Shown here: piece by piece, positions 29,134-39,784 of the stretch
How positions within the stretch are numbered: the first letter of the stretch is position 1
How the letters are laid out: every line of letters begins with the position of its first letter
Source: Thermotogota bacterium
Lineage (GTDB): Bacteria; Thermotogota; Thermotogae; MWEM01
Direction: 5' to 3'
DNA length: 64,000 nt
Assembly: GCA_035447925.1 (NCBI GenBank)
Contig: DAOTHY010000003.1
Location: 1,474-65,473 of the forward strand
Program-made: the position numbers and the translations under genes
The notes under the pieces: generated by a model
The model's database searches: none
What the model was told of the DNA's origin: nothing
The model's input: the letters and a program-made list of their open reading frames with translations, nothing else

Positions 29134-30636
29134 ATGAATCGAATAAAAAAATCTCAGGATGTGATGCTGATGGATAAAAAGCGTGTTTTAAAAGCGAATT
29201 TGATTTTGTTGTTAGTCATTTCTTTGATTCTGACAGTACAAAGATTTTTAACCAGCGATATTCAAATAGCCTTGAGTGTTTTGACCGCTACGGGATCCGC
29301 ATCGGCCGTGGCGCTGTTTGTCTATTATTTTAACATGCCGTTTTTCTTGAAAGGATTAATCATGTCAGTTGCCCCTTTTTTCGCAAGTCTTGCATTGTCC
29401 ATTATCCTCGGGGGTGTTCCTCATATGTTCCTGATCTATATTGGATCCTTTACCTTGGCTGCCCTCTATTTTAATGTTAATTTATTGTTAATGTCAGGCC
29501 TGATCATCAATATTACGGTTATTACCGTATATGTATTCAATCCGGTGGGATTGCTGGGGCCTGGAGCGTCGCTTTCGGATTTGATTGTAAAAATGGGGAT
29601 GATGGATTCGATGGGACTATTGGTCATGTACCTGCTCACAAAGTGGGGAAATGAAGCCATCAACAAGGCGACTGAAAGCCAAAAAAAATCCGAAATGCTT
29701 TTTGGCGAATTACATGAAAGGGTGGAGCAGTTAAAGCAAACAACGGTTGAATTGGATGCTTTAGTCAAAAAGTCTAAAGATATGTTTGAGGTAAGCGTTT
29801 TAACCAGCTCGGAGATTACCGAAACCACTTCTCAAATTGCCGAAGGAGCGAGTCACGAGGCCCAGATTGCCAATGAGATCCAACACAGCATGGAGATTGT
29901 CGATCCCAAAATTGCCGGAACAGAAGATATGACAAATGCGATTGCCGTTATTTCAAATGAAATGATGCAGGATGTACAGGAAAGTAAAGTGGAAGTGAAA
30001 GATTTAGATCAAATGATGAGTATGATCAGCGAGAACGACGCTCAACAGAGAGAGTCGATAAAAGGGTTGTTGGACAATATCACAACAGTAGCTGAATCGC
30101 TGAATGGTATCTCGGAGATTTCAAAACAAACCAATTTACTAGCGCTAAACGCTGCCATAGAAGCAGCAAGAGCAGGTGAGGCAGGCAAAGGATTTGCCGT
30201 TGTGGCAGATGAAATAAGGGGATTGGCAGATAAAAGCGGTGAAATTGTGGGGAATATACACGGCCGAATCGCTGAAATGGTCCAAAGTGCCGATCAGTTC
30301 ATTGAAAAATCGGAAGAACTGAGTTCAACCATAGATAAAGGTCAAAAGCATACGCTGGTATTCAAAGATCGTTTTGAGAACATGGAACAGGTGTTTCAGC
30401 GAATTTACTCTGATTTACAGAAAAGTCAAAATGAGATCAGTGATGTAGCCCAAGAGATAAAGAAAACACTGGACCTTGTGATGCGAATTGCTGCAATTTC
30501 CGAAGAAAACGCCTCCTCGACTCAAGAGTTGTTTGCCTCGACAGATGAGCTAAAAAGCCAGATTCATTCCCTATCTTCTGAGATGCAACGGATTGCGCAA
30601 TTAAAAGATGAATTAAATCATTCAATTCACGCTTAA
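29134..30636 (+). CDS. methyl-accepting chemotaxis protein
   Basis: Two N-terminal TM/sensor segments, a HAMP-like region, and the highly conserved signalling domain ([31 protein letters not shown]). Confidence 0.9.
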   Translation: MNRIKKSQDVMLMDKKRVLKANLILLLVISLILTVQRFLTSDIQIALSVLTATGSASAVALFVYYFNMPFFLKGLIMSVAPFFASLALSIILGGVPHMFLIYIGSFTLAALYFNVNLLLMSGLIINITVITVYVFNPVGLLGPGASLSDLIVKMGMMDSMGLLVMYLLTKWGNEAINKATESQKKSEMLFGELHERVEQLKQTTVELDALVKKSKDMFEVSVLTSSEITETTSQIAEGASHEAQIANEIQHSMEIVDPKIAGTEDMTNAIAVISNEMMQDVQESKVEVKDLDQMMSMISENDAQQRESIKGLLDNITTVAESLNGISEISKQTNLLALNAAIEAARAGEAGKGFAVVADEIRGLADKSGEIVGNIHGRIAEMVQSADQFIEKSEELSSTIDKGQKHTLVFKDRFENMEQVFQRIYSDLQKSQNEISDVAQEIKKTLDLVMRIAAISEENASSTQELFASTDELKSQIHSLSSEMQRIAQLKDELNHSIHA

Positions 30637-30648
30637 TTTAAGGGTGAG

Positions 30649-30942
30649 ATGAAGGTGACCATGCTGTTGTTGATACTAGTTGCTTTTGCGACAGGGCTCT
30701 TTTTGGGTTTAAAGAAGCAACTTGGATTTCTCTCTAAGTTTAAAGTCATTCCAATCATCACATTGATGCTGCTTTTTTCAATGGGAACAGAAATCGGTCA
30801 ATCTCAAGAGATTATGGATCATCTTAGCACAATTGGTTGGAGTGCTTTTTTGATTGCCGTTTTTACCGTTGCGGGGAGTTTTTTGGTAACGCTTTGTGTT
30901 CTTAAAATCTTTCCCTCCAAAGCCGGTGAATCCGATGATTGA
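30649..30942 (+). CDS. LysO-family lysine exporter, small N-terminal subunit (DUF340)
   Basis: 97 aa with 3 TM. Overlaps the next ORF by 8 nt (ATGATTGA). Confidence 0.6.
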   Translation: MKVTMLLLILVAFATGLFLGLKKQLGFLSKFKVIPIITLMLLFSMGTEIGQSQEIMDHLSTIGWSAFLIAVFTVAGSFLVTLCVLKIFPSKAGESDD

Positions 30943-31519
30943 TATTGTAATCATGATTGGAGCTTTGGCAATCGGAATCGGAGTGGGAGCACTTTCGGGT
31001 TTTGTGGTTCATCCTCAGCTGATCACGATTATCCTGATGATTCTGGTTTTTCTCGTGGGTGTTGACATCGGACGCGAGGAAAATATACTCAGCAAGATCA
31101 AGATCAATATCACCAAAATTCTTTCACAAACGCTGTTAACGATTGGAGGAACGTTTTTATTTGCCTTGTTGGCCTCTTTTTTTCTGCCCTTTTCAGTCAA
31201 AGAAACAATTGGAGCTTCGGCAGGATTTGGGTGGTATTCTCTTTCGGGCATTATGATCAGTCAGCTTTATTCTCCCTTGCTGGGTACGGTGTCTTTTCTG
31301 TCTAATGTTTTTCGTGAACTGCTTTCAATCATCTCTTTGCCTTTTTTAGCAAAAATCAACCAGAGAGCAGCTATTTCAACAGCCGGAGCCACGGCAATGG
31401 ATGTTTTACTGGGACTGATTTCAAAAAGCGCCTCAAGAAATAACACCCTGATCGCCTTTGGTCAGGGTGTTATTTTATCGTTGCTGGTTCCGTTGCTGAT
31501 TACCTTTCTCTTTATGTAA
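30935..31519 (+). CDS. LysO-family lysine exporter, large subunit
   Basis: Multi-TM protein with the DUF340/LysO signature. Start moved to ATG 30935. Confidence 0.6.
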   Translation: MIDIVIMIGALAIGIGVGALSGFVVHPQLITIILMILVFLVGVDIGREENILSKIKINITKILSQTLLTIGGTFLFALLASFFLPFSVKETIGASAGFGWYSLSGIMISQLYSPLLGTVSFLSNVFRELLSIISLPFLAKINQRAAISTAGATAMDVLLGLISKSASRNNTLIAFGQGVILSLLVPLLITFLFM

Positions 31520-31548
31520 TTCTTGGGTTATTTAATAGAACACTCATT

Positions 31549-33114
31549 TCACAGTTCTTCTTTAAAGCCGTTTGTAATGGGGAAGTCGATATCATGAACA
31601 AAGGAACTCATCGAAAGTCGTGGACCCAATGGTTCCTGCCGTCTTTTGTATTCATTGATTCGCAACAGCCTGAAGGTCTTTTGAACATCTCTTTCTTCAA
31701 AACCACGTTCGATTATCGCTTGGTAGGAGAGGTTCTCGTCCAGTATACATTGTAAAATGCCGTCCAGTTGGTCATACGCCGGTAGTGAGTCCTGATCGGT
31801 TTGTCCGGGGGCGAGTTCTGCTGAAGGGGCTTTTTGAAGTATTTCGATGGGGATGCAATCGTATCCTTTCATCGAGTTGATGAACGAGGCTAATTGATAA
31901 CACTCCGTTTTGTACAGATCACTGATGGGAGCATAACCACCGATCGTATCGCCATATAGGGTTGAGTATCCGGTGGCTGTTTCGCTTTTATTACTGGTAT
32001 TTAATACAACCCATCCGTATTCATTGGAAACAGTCATCAAATACAATCCCCTGATTCTGGCCTGCATATTCTCATCCGTGGTGTTGAATGTCCTTTCACC
32101 AAAAAATGGATGCATAGCGTGATGAATAGAGTGATAAACTTCTGTGATGGGTATTTTGACCGATTGAACATCCAGGTTTTGGACCAGTTTTTCTGAATCG
32201 GTAACGCTGCCTGATGAACTGAACTGAGAGGGCATCATGAGGCAGAAAACGTTTTCGCTTCCCAGAGCTTGTACTGCCAATGTGGTAACCAGTGCGGAGT
32301 CAAGCCCTCCACTTAAACCCACCAAGACCTTTTTAAACCCGTTTTTGTAGATATAATCACGAATGGATTGGATGATGGCGCTGTATTGAGAAGAGACATG
32401 ATCAGGGAGATCACAGATCGTTCCAGCCTCTTGATCGAAATCCAGATCGAAAGTGATTAAATCTTCTTTGAAAGATTTTGCACGGATACATGTTCCCTTT
32501 TGGGCACACTTTAGAAAGCTGGCACCGTAATAGACCAGGTGATCGATTGTTCCGACCCGGTTTACTTCTAAAAATCGATTACCGGTGCGCATGGTGATAA
32601 ATTCTCCGGTTCTTTCTCTTTCCGATTGTATACCGGTGTGAAACGGTCTTGTATTCAGGTGAACGATTAGGGCGTTTTTGCTAAAGCATCTTTTAGGTAG
32701 TTTAAATGCTTTATTCGGACTATCTTCTAAGAGAAGAACACGTTGTCCGTTGATGTCCAAAATTCCCTTCTGATCATGTATCACATCGCAAATACCTTGA
32801 TTGTTGATGAGAAAAGGCTTTTCGTATGGTTCATCGAAGGCATTCGGACAACTGATCAAAACGGCAAGTGAGGAGTTTTGAACACGGTTGGCAATATGGA
32901 TCAGGATTTTCTGGGCGCATTTCAGAAAATGGTCTTTTTTAAAAAGGGCATTGGGGTTCATCCCCGTGATGCTTTGAGCGGGATAGATCAACAGATCGGA
33001 TTTGGATTCAAATGCCCGGTCTATTCCTTCATCTATCTTGTTTTGATTGACAGTGAAATTTCCTGGATAACTGTTTATCTGATGAATTGTAATTTTTAAA
33101 GCTTTTTTCATCAT
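31549..33114 (-). CDS. nadE: glutamine-dependent NAD+ synthetase (CN-hydrolase + NAD synthase domains)
   Basis: N-terminal nitrilase-like domain. C-terminal PP-loop SGGLDS and NadE motifs. Start at ATG 33114 behind AGGAGG. Confidence 0.85.
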   Translation of the reverse strand: MMKKALKITIHQINSYPGNFTVNQNKIDEGIDRAFESKSDLLIYPAQSITGMNPNALFKKDHFLKCAQKILIHIANRVQNSSLAVLISCPNAFDEPYEKPFLINNQGICDVIHDQKGILDINGQRVLLLEDSPNKAFKLPKRCFSKNALIVHLNTRPFHTGIQSERERTGEFITMRTGNRFLEVNRVGTIDHLVYYGASFLKCAQKGTCIRAKSFKEDLITFDLDFDQEAGTICDLPDHVSSQYSAIIQSIRDYIYKNGFKKVLVGLSGGLDSALVTTLAVQALGSENVFCLMMPSQFSSSGSVTDSEKLVQNLDVQSVKIPITEVYHSIHHAMHPFFGERTFNTTDENMQARIRGLYLMTVSNEYGWVVLNTSNKSETATGYSTLYGDTIGGYAPISDLYKTECYQLASFINSMKGYDCIPIEILQKAPSAELAPGQTDQDSLPAYDQLDGILQCILDENLSYQAIIERGFEERDVQKTFRLLRINEYKRRQEPLGPRLSMSSFVHDIDFPITNGFKEEL

Positions 33115-33322
33115 CGAGACCTCCTGCTTACGCATGCCGCCTTTGAGGACGGCTTTCATCGCATTTCAAAGAATTATATCATGACAGATCTGAGCAGAGA
33201 CTAATAGATTTTCATGAAAATGTTCATTGTTTATGAAAGAAAGTAAATATTTATGGTTTTTTTAAGCAGTTTTGTTATAATCCAATAGAAGCAAAAAAAA
33301 GATTGAGGAATGGTGATCTTGT

Positions 33323-34054
33323 TTGAATTATTTCTGGATTTTTCTGGCCGGTGCGATTTCTGGATTCGTAAATGTATTGGCAGGTGGTGGAACAATGCTG
33401 ACTTTACCGGCTCTGTCATTGTTGGGAATGGATTTATCCGTTGCAAATGGAACAAACAGGATAGGCGTTCTTTTCACGAATACCATGGGAACACTGAAAT
33501 TTCACCACAGTGGCAAATTACAACTAAAACGGGCTTTTTTTCTCATGATACCCACAACCATTGGGGCTATCCTTGGCGCTTTTATTGCTGTGGACATTGA
33601 TGAAAGCCTGCTGAAAAATATCGTTGGGTATATCTTTCTCGGATTAAGTGTTCTGATAATCTTCAAACCGGATCTGTGGACGAAAGAAAGAAAAATCAAG
33701 AGAAGAAACTGGCTTTCTGTTGTTGTTTTCTTTTTAATTGGTATATATGGCGGCTTTTTACAGGCTGGTGTGGGGTTCTTCCTCATGAGCGCACTTGTTT
33801 TGCTGGAAGGTTTTGATTTGGTTAAAACCAATGCCGCAAAGGTCTTTATCATTTTATGTTATACCATCTTTTCTCTCATCGTGTTTGCACTCAACGGAAT
33901 GGTGGACTACTGGGCCGGTTTAGTGTTGGGTCTGGGCGGTGCCCTTGGAGCTTATGTGGGGGCGCATACGGCGATAAAAAAAGGCGCAGGTTTTATCAGA
34001 TATATTGTGTTTGTGGCGGTCATAGCCAGTGCAATTAAATATATAGTCACATAG
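33323..34054 (+). CDS. TauE/SafE-family sulfite/anion exporter
   Basis: 243 aa with 7-8 TM and GGG-containing repeats typical of TauE/SafE. Confidence 0.7.
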   Translation: MNYFWIFLAGAISGFVNVLAGGGTMLTLPALSLLGMDLSVANGTNRIGVLFTNTMGTLKFHHSGKLQLKRAFFLMIPTTIGAILGAFIAVDIDESLLKNIVGYIFLGLSVLIIFKPDLWTKERKIKRRNWLSVVVFFLIGIYGGFLQAGVGFFLMSALVLLEGFDLVKTNAAKVFIILCYTIFSLIVFALNGMVDYWAGLVLGLGGALGAYVGAHTAIKKGAGFIRYIVFVAVIASAIKYIVT

Positions 34055-34069
34055 TAAAGGGGGATGCAA

Positions 34070-35848
34070 ATGAAAGAATTATTAACCGGAAATGAGGCCG
34101 TGGCCCGTGGTGCTTATGAAGCGGGTGTAACGATTGGCTCGGCTTATCCGGGAACACCAAGTACGGAGATCTTTGAAGCCTTGGCTCAATATGAAGAAAT
34201 CTACTCTGAATGGGCGCCCAATGAGAAGGTGGCTGCAGAAGTGGTTGTCGGGGCATCCATTGCCGGGGCAAGAGCCATATCGGCGATGAAACATGTAGGA
34301 ATGAACGTGGCGTCGGATCCCATTTATACCCATGCATATCTTGGAGTCAATGGCGGTTGTGTCTATGTCAGCGCAGATGACCCCGGACTTCATTCATCAC
34401 AGAATGAACAAGATAACCGATATGTTGCCGTTCACGCCAAGATTCCCATGTTGGAACCATCCGATTCTCAAGAGTCAAAAGACATGATTGTAAAGGCTTA
34501 TGAGATTAGCGAACAATATGATGTTCCTATACTATTCCGCATGACAACAAGGGTCTGTCATTCAAAGAGTGTCGTGGAGTTGGGAAGAAGAACAGAAGTG
34601 GGAATCAAAGAGTATCACAGAAACATTCCGAAATTTGTGGCAACTCCTGCGGCATGTAAACGCCACCATATCGAACTGGAGGAAAAACTCGAGCGTCTGG
34701 AAGAATTTTCAAATCAAACGGATTTAAATTTCACCATTCTAAACGAAGGCGCAAAAATAGGGGTTATTACATCCGGGATCTCTTTCCAATATGCAAAGGA
34801 AGTATTTGCAGAACAGGCTTCTTATTTAAAATTGGGATTTACCTATCCCATTCCAAGGGCAAAGATCAAAACCTTCGCCCAGCAATTCGATACACTTTAT
34901 GTAGTGGAAGAAAACGATCCATATTTGGAAACACAGATTAAGGCCATGGGTATACAGGTGATCGGAAAGGAGTCAATTCCCATCACCGGAGAATTAAACC
35001 CAGAGATTATTGCCGTTTCTCTATTGGGAAAGAAACCGGACTATATGGAATCTGAAACGAACCTTGTGAAGGGCAGACCACCTACATTGTGTTCCGGATG
35101 CCCTCACCGGGGGTTATTCTTTGAACTGAGCAAACGAAAAGACGCAGTCATCACCGGTGATATCGGGTGCTATACCTTGGGTTCTGCAGATCCGCTCAAC
35201 GCCATGGATACTGTCGTTTGCATGGGTGCAGGAGTGAGTGCCGCCCACGGTTTTGCCAAGGTGTTTGAGAAGACATCGGATAATCGAAAAGTGTTTGGTG
35301 TAGTTGGAGATTCCACGTTCTTCCATTCTGGCATTACGAGTTTGATTGATATTGTTTACAATAAAAGCAATTGCACGATTATTATTTTGGACAACCGGGT
35401 AACAGGAATGACCGGGCATCAGGAGAATCCCGGAACAGGGTATACCTTAAAAGGTGAAAAAGCCCCCATTATTGAGATAGCCCCCCTTGTTCGTGCCATA
35501 GGAATTGAGAACATCTATCAGGTGAATCCTAACAACTTGAAGGAGGTTCGAGAGGCTTTGAATGGGGCCTCGGTCTTTGAAGGGCCCTCTGTCATCATCA
35601 CAAAATGGCCCTGTGCATTGAAGAAATTACATGACGAAGAGAAAAAGGAGTATGCGCTTGCTCAATGGGTTTACGCTGTGAATCCTGAAAAATGCAGAAA
35701 GTGTCGAATGTGCCTGAAAATAGGTTGTCCGTCCATCTCTTTTGATCCTCAAACCGGTTCATTCATTGATCCCAATACCTGTGTAGGCTGTTCGGTATGT
35801 GCTCAGGTTTGCCCGTTTGATGCCATAGAAAGGTCCGGTGACGCATAA
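34070..35848 (+). CDS. iorA: indolepyruvate:ferredoxin oxidoreductase alpha subunit
   Basis: MKELLTGNEAVARGAYEAGV N-terminus, TPP-binding GDIG motif, and C-terminal 2x[4Fe-4S] Cys motifs. ~592 aa. Confidence 0.85.
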   Translation: MKELLTGNEAVARGAYEAGVTIGSAYPGTPSTEIFEALAQYEEIYSEWAPNEKVAAEVVVGASIAGARAISAMKHVGMNVASDPIYTHAYLGVNGGCVYVSADDPGLHSSQNEQDNRYVAVHAKIPMLEPSDSQESKDMIVKAYEISEQYDVPILFRMTTRVCHSKSVVELGRRTEVGIKEYHRNIPKFVATPAACKRHHIELEEKLERLEEFSNQTDLNFTILNEGAKIGVITSGISFQYAKEVFAEQASYLKLGFTYPIPRAKIKTFAQQFDTLYVVEENDPYLETQIKAMGIQVIGKESIPITGELNPEIIAVSLLGKKPDYMESETNLVKGRPPTLCSGCPHRGLFFELSKRKDAVITGDIGCYTLGSADPLNAMDTVVCMGAGVSAAHGFAKVFEKTSDNRKVFGVVGDSTFFHSGITSLIDIVYNKSNCTIIILDNRVTGMTGHQENPGTGYTLKGEKAPIIEIAPLVRAIGIENIYQVNPNNLKEVREALNGASVFEGPSVIITKWPCALKKLHDEEKKEYALAQWVYAVNPEKCRKCRMCLKIGCPSISFDPQTGSFIDPNTCVGCSVCAQVCPFDAIERSGDA

Positions 35849-36420
35849 TGAAGACATCTCAAAATATACTGCTGGTTGGTGTGGGTGGCCAGGGAACGAT
35901 ATTGACTTCAAAAATATTATCTACGGGATTGTTAAATGCGGGTTATGATGTTAAAATGTCAGAGATTCACGGGATGGCGCAAAGAGGAGGTTCCGTTTCA
36001 ACCCAAGTACGATATGGCGAACATGTTCATTCACCGATCATCGGAAGGGGAGAGGCGGATATTGTGATCGCCTTTGAAAAGATGGAAGCCATGAGATGGA
36101 TGGAGTTTCTGTCAAAAAAAGGGAAACTCATTGTGAATGATCAGCAGATCGAATCAGCACCCATTTTAGCCGGTAAAGAGGTATATCCCGAAGGTATCAA
36201 GGAAAAACTTGAACAAAGAGCCGGTGCCCGGATCATTCCAGCAACAAAAATGGCCATAGAGCTTGGTAACATCAGGGTAATGAATGTGATCATGCTGGGT
36301 GTTCTGGTCAAAGAAGCCGGATTGGAAGGCATCGATTGGCAAGGAGAAATTAGAAAAATGGTTAAACCCAGGTTTACTGAGATCAATATTCAGGCATTCC
36401 AGTTAGGATTCACTGTTTGA
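35848..36420 (+). CDS. iorB: indolepyruvate:ferredoxin oxidoreductase beta subunit
   Basis: POR gamma-type domain (LVGVGGQGT). Start overlaps the iorA stop (ATGA-type). Confidence 0.8.
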   Translation: MKTSQNILLVGVGGQGTILTSKILSTGLLNAGYDVKMSEIHGMAQRGGSVSTQVRYGEHVHSPIIGRGEADIVIAFEKMEAMRWMEFLSKKGKLIVNDQQIESAPILAGKEVYPEGIKEKLEQRAGARIIPATKMAIELGNIRVMNVIMLGVLVKEAGLEGIDWQGEIRKMVKPRFTEINIQAFQLGFTV

Positions 36421-36488
36421 AGATAAGGGTTCTTAATAGACGAAATGATCAGGAAACGTTAAAATGATAAAAAGCCGGGAGGATTAAA

Positions 36489-37388
36489 ATGTCTATCGAA
36501 AAGTATTTGAAACACCTAAGAATTGACAGGCTGCCCCATGTCTGGTGTCCGGGATGCGGTAATGGAACCATTCTAAAAGCTACAGTGGGAGCCATAGAAG
36601 AACTGGGTCTTGATCCATCAAAAATTGCGGTTGTATCCGGAATAGGATGTTCATCACGGGCAACCGGTTATTTAAATTACAATACCATGCATACCTTGCA
36701 CGGGAGGGCGATCGCCTTTGCAACGGGAATCAAGCTGTCTCGCCCTGAAATGACCGTGTTGGTTATGACTGGAGACGGAGATGCCGGGGCCATTGGCGGA
36801 AATCATTTTATTCATGCAGCCAGAAGGAATATGGATTTGGCTGTGATCTGTTTTAACAACAATATTTATGGAATGACCGGTGGACAATATTCTCCGACAA
36901 CGCCGGAAGATTCTTACGCAACCACAGCTCCGTATGGAAATATTGAAGAACCTTTCGATCTGTCCAGGTTGGCCATCACATCCGGGGCAACGTATGTGGC
37001 AAGGACATCAACCTATCATTTTGTGGCCCTGCAGAATTACATTAAAAAGGCAATAACCAATCCGGGATTTTCTTTGGTTGAAACGATTACGCAATGCCCT
37101 ACGTATTACGGCAGATATAATAAGATTGGATCTGCACCTCAAATGATCAATTATTTCAAAGATAACGGGATCACTTTACCAAAAGCAGTTTCAATGCTGA
37201 AAAAAATGAATCCTGATGTCAATTATGACGGGTTCAACGTGAATGCCCTGTTGGAAAAAGCGGTGGAAAGTCTTCCGGATAAGATTATTATTGGAGAATT
37301 TGTCAACAAGAACAAACAGGGCTATGTTGCCAAATACGAAGAAGTTATTAACCGAGCAAAAGAAGAAGTTGCCTCGTTAAAATCATAA
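36489..37388 (+). CDS. 2-oxoacid:ferredoxin oxidoreductase beta subunit (TPP-binding, KorB/PorB-like)
   Basis: WCPGCGNG N-terminus and GDGD TPP/Mg motif (MTGDGDAGAIGGNH). Confidence 0.8.
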   Translation: MSIEKYLKHLRIDRLPHVWCPGCGNGTILKATVGAIEELGLDPSKIAVVSGIGCSSRATGYLNYNTMHTLHGRAIAFATGIKLSRPEMTVLVMTGDGDAGAIGGNHFIHAARRNMDLAVICFNNNIYGMTGGQYSPTTPEDSYATTAPYGNIEEPFDLSRLAITSGATYVARTSTYHFVALQNYIKKAITNPGFSLVETITQCPTYYGRYNKIGSAPQMINYFKDNGITLPKAVSMLKKMNPDVNYDGFNVNALLEKAVESLPDKIIIGEFVNKNKQGYVAKYEEVINRAKEEVASLKS

Positions 37389-37405
37389 ATTGGAAGGTGA
37401 TGTGA

Positions 37406-38014
37406 ATGATTCCGATAGAAAAAAATCCATTTACAATTCGAATCGGTGGACTAGGCGGGCAAGGCAACATCAAAATGGGATTAATTCTCGCCAAAGCTTT
37501 AACCAGTGATAAAAAATGGGTTATTCAAACCCAGCATTACGGTGCACAGGTTCGTGGAGGGGTGGCTTATTCTGATGTGTTGTTTTGTGATGATCCCATC
37601 GATTTTCCAATAGCCTATAATTTCAACGTGTTGTACATGATGGATCAGAAGCCGCTTGATTCCTTTTTTCACCTGTTAAAACCAAACGGAGTCTTGATTT
37701 GCGACAGTTCATTTGTTAAAAATATCCATGTGACCATTCGCAGAATCACAAAAAAAATATTGGTTTACCCCGTCACCGATATTTGTGTTGAAAAATTTGG
37801 AATGCCCGTTTTGGCTAATGTGTTAGGCTTGGGAATCCTTCAAAAGGCTACCGGAATTGTTAACCTGGATGCCTTGAAGCAAACCATCAGCGAAGTCGTT
37901 CCACAAAAATTTATCGATCTGAATTTAGAGGCATTGGAGTACGGGTATAAATTATGCGATAAATGCTACAGACTCAAGGAGGAGAAAAAATACACCCCGA
38001 TTAATTTTGAATAG
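37406..38014 (+). CDS. 2-oxoacid:ferredoxin oxidoreductase gamma subunit (KorC/PorG-like)
   Basis: IRIGGLGGQG motif of the POR gamma family. 202 aa. Confidence 0.75.
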   Translation: MIPIEKNPFTIRIGGLGGQGNIKMGLILAKALTSDKKWVIQTQHYGAQVRGGVAYSDVLFCDDPIDFPIAYNFNVLYMMDQKPLDSFFHLLKPNGVLICDSSFVKNIHVTIRRITKKILVYPVTDICVEKFGMPVLANVLGLGILQKATGIVNLDALKQTISEVVPQKFIDLNLEALEYGYKLCDKCYRLKEEKKYTPINFE

Positions 38015-38056
38015 TTTTTTGTCATAGCGATACTCAGAAGGAAAAGAGGTGAGGGA

Positions 38057-39097
38057 ATGACCAAGGAAACCCGCATACTGATTTGCGATGACTCGGCCTT
38101 TATGAGAATGGTTATCAAGGATATCCTGGATTCTCAGAAGGGGCTGGTTGTTGTGGGGCAGGCAAGAGATGGTATGGAAGCGGTTGAAAAAGCAACGCAG
38201 CTTAACCCAGATATTATCACCATGGATGTGGAGATGCCAAAGCTCAACGGTTTGGAAGCCATGAAGCTCATCACAAAAAAAATGGCAACACGAGTGATTA
38301 TGGTCAGCAGTTTGACCGAAGAAGGGGCAGAAATAACAATCGAAGCCCTTGAAAACGGTGCAGTAGATTTCTTGACCAAGCCATCTGGTTCTATATCGAC
38401 CAATTTCAGAAAAATGGGTGGTGAATTGATTTCAAAAATCAACAGTGCGATGCTGGTACAAGCTTCAAAAATGTCTCTTTTAAGGAAGGCAAGGGTGATG
38501 CATAAACCCGTCCAAAGAACATTTACATCAACCGGCAAGATTGTACTCATCGCTTCCTCAACCGGTGGACCGAAAGCTTTGGATAATGTGATACCGCAAT
38601 TACCTCGAAATTTACCCGCACCGGTGGTTGTGGTTCAACATATGCCGGCTGGTTTTACCAAATCGCTGGCAGCACGTTTAAACAAGATTTCAGATATCGA
38701 GGTTCGCGAAGCCTCAGAAGGTGATATTCTGAAAAATTCGGTGGTGTATATCGCACCGGGGAACTATCATTTGGGCTTAAAGAATGAAGGTAATGCTGTG
38801 AAAGTCTATTTAGACAGCAGTTCGAAAATAAATGGTGTCAGGCCTGCAGCGGATTTTACCTTTGACAGGGGTGCGGAAATATATAAAAAAAACGTGATTG
38901 GAGTTGTTTTAACCGGCATGGGAAGAGACGGGACTAAAGGCTGCTTCAAGATTAAACATTATCAAGGGAAGGTAATTGCTGAAGCAGAATCTACTTGTGT
39001 GGTTTACGGTATGCCAAAATCAGTAGTAAAAGAAGGCTATTCGGATTTTGAGCTGCCTTCAGATCAAATAGCAGACAAAATAGTGGAACTGGTTTAG
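38057..39097 (+). CDS. cheB: chemotaxis response regulator protein-glutamate methylesterase
   Basis: REC domain (ILICDDSAFMR...MDVEMPKLNG) plus CheB methylesterase domain (GASTGGP, HMPAGFT). Confidence 0.9.
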   Translation: MTKETRILICDDSAFMRMVIKDILDSQKGLVVVGQARDGMEAVEKATQLNPDIITMDVEMPKLNGLEAMKLITKKMATRVIMVSSLTEEGAEITIEALENGAVDFLTKPSGSISTNFRKMGGELISKINSAMLVQASKMSLLRKARVMHKPVQRTFTSTGKIVLIASSTGGPKALDNVIPQLPRNLPAPVVVVQHMPAGFTKSLAARLNKISDIEVREASEGDILKNSVVYIAPGNYHLGLKNEGNAVKVYLDSSSKINGVRPAADFTFDRGAEIYKKNVIGVVLTGMGRDGTKGCFKIKHYQGKVIAEAESTCVVYGMPKSVVKEGYSDFELPSDQIADKIVELV

Positions 39098-39104
39098 GCC
39101 CGCC

Positions 39105-39593
39105 ATGATGATTAAAGCCATGTATCCGGGAACATTTGATCCCATAACCTACGGGCATATCGATGTGGCCAGGCGTGCTGCCAAGGCGTTTGGCTCTTTG
39201 GTGATCGTCGTTATGCATAACCGGGTTAAAAAAGGCGTTTTGTTTGATGTTTCCGAGCGATGTGCCATGATTGAAGAAGTTTTCAGTAAAGATGACAATA
39301 TTACTGTGGATACCCATAGCGGGTTAATGGTGGAATACGCCAAACAAATGAGTATAGCGGTTGTTGTTAGGGGGTTAAGGGCTGTTTCAGATTTTGAATA
39401 TGAAATGCAAATGGCAGCGGCCAACAAAAAAATGTTCCCGGAACTGGACACCTTTTTTCTCATGACTGATACGAAGTATTCTTTCATTTCCTCAACATTG
39501 GTGAAGGAAATTGCTTATCACGGCAGTTCAGTAGATCCTTGGGTCCCAGCGCTTGTTAAGCTCGGATTGGAAAAGAAGATGAAAAATCACTGA
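39105..39593 (+). CDS. coaD: pantetheine-phosphate adenylyltransferase
   Basis: AMYPGTFDPITYGHIDV nucleotidyltransferase HxGH motif. 162 aa. Confidence 0.9.
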   Translation: MMIKAMYPGTFDPITYGHIDVARRAAKAFGSLVIVVMHNRVKKGVLFDVSERCAMIEEVFSKDDNITVDTHSGLMVEYAKQMSIAVVVRGLRAVSDFEYEMQMAAANKKMFPELDTFFLMTDTKYSFISSTLVKEIAYHGSSVDPWVPALVKLGLEKKMKNH

Positions 39594-39784
39594 AGAATGC
39601 CTGCTATGCTTCGTTTTTTTGCGACAATTTCATAATATCATGATTGATAAAGTGTTTGATCAATTCGTCTTTCGACGTGTATATAAATATTGGGAGAAAT
39701 TGTTCTTTGGATCGATTAGGACAAAGATAAGTACGATAAATATTCGAATTCAGATAAATGAAAGGAAAAGAAGGGGATGGTTAA

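Noticed and set aside
39594-39640. Possible terminator after coaD (GAAG...CTTC followed by T7)
   Set aside because: The stem is only 4-5 bp with a 13-nt loop, too weak to call, although the T-tract is suggestive.
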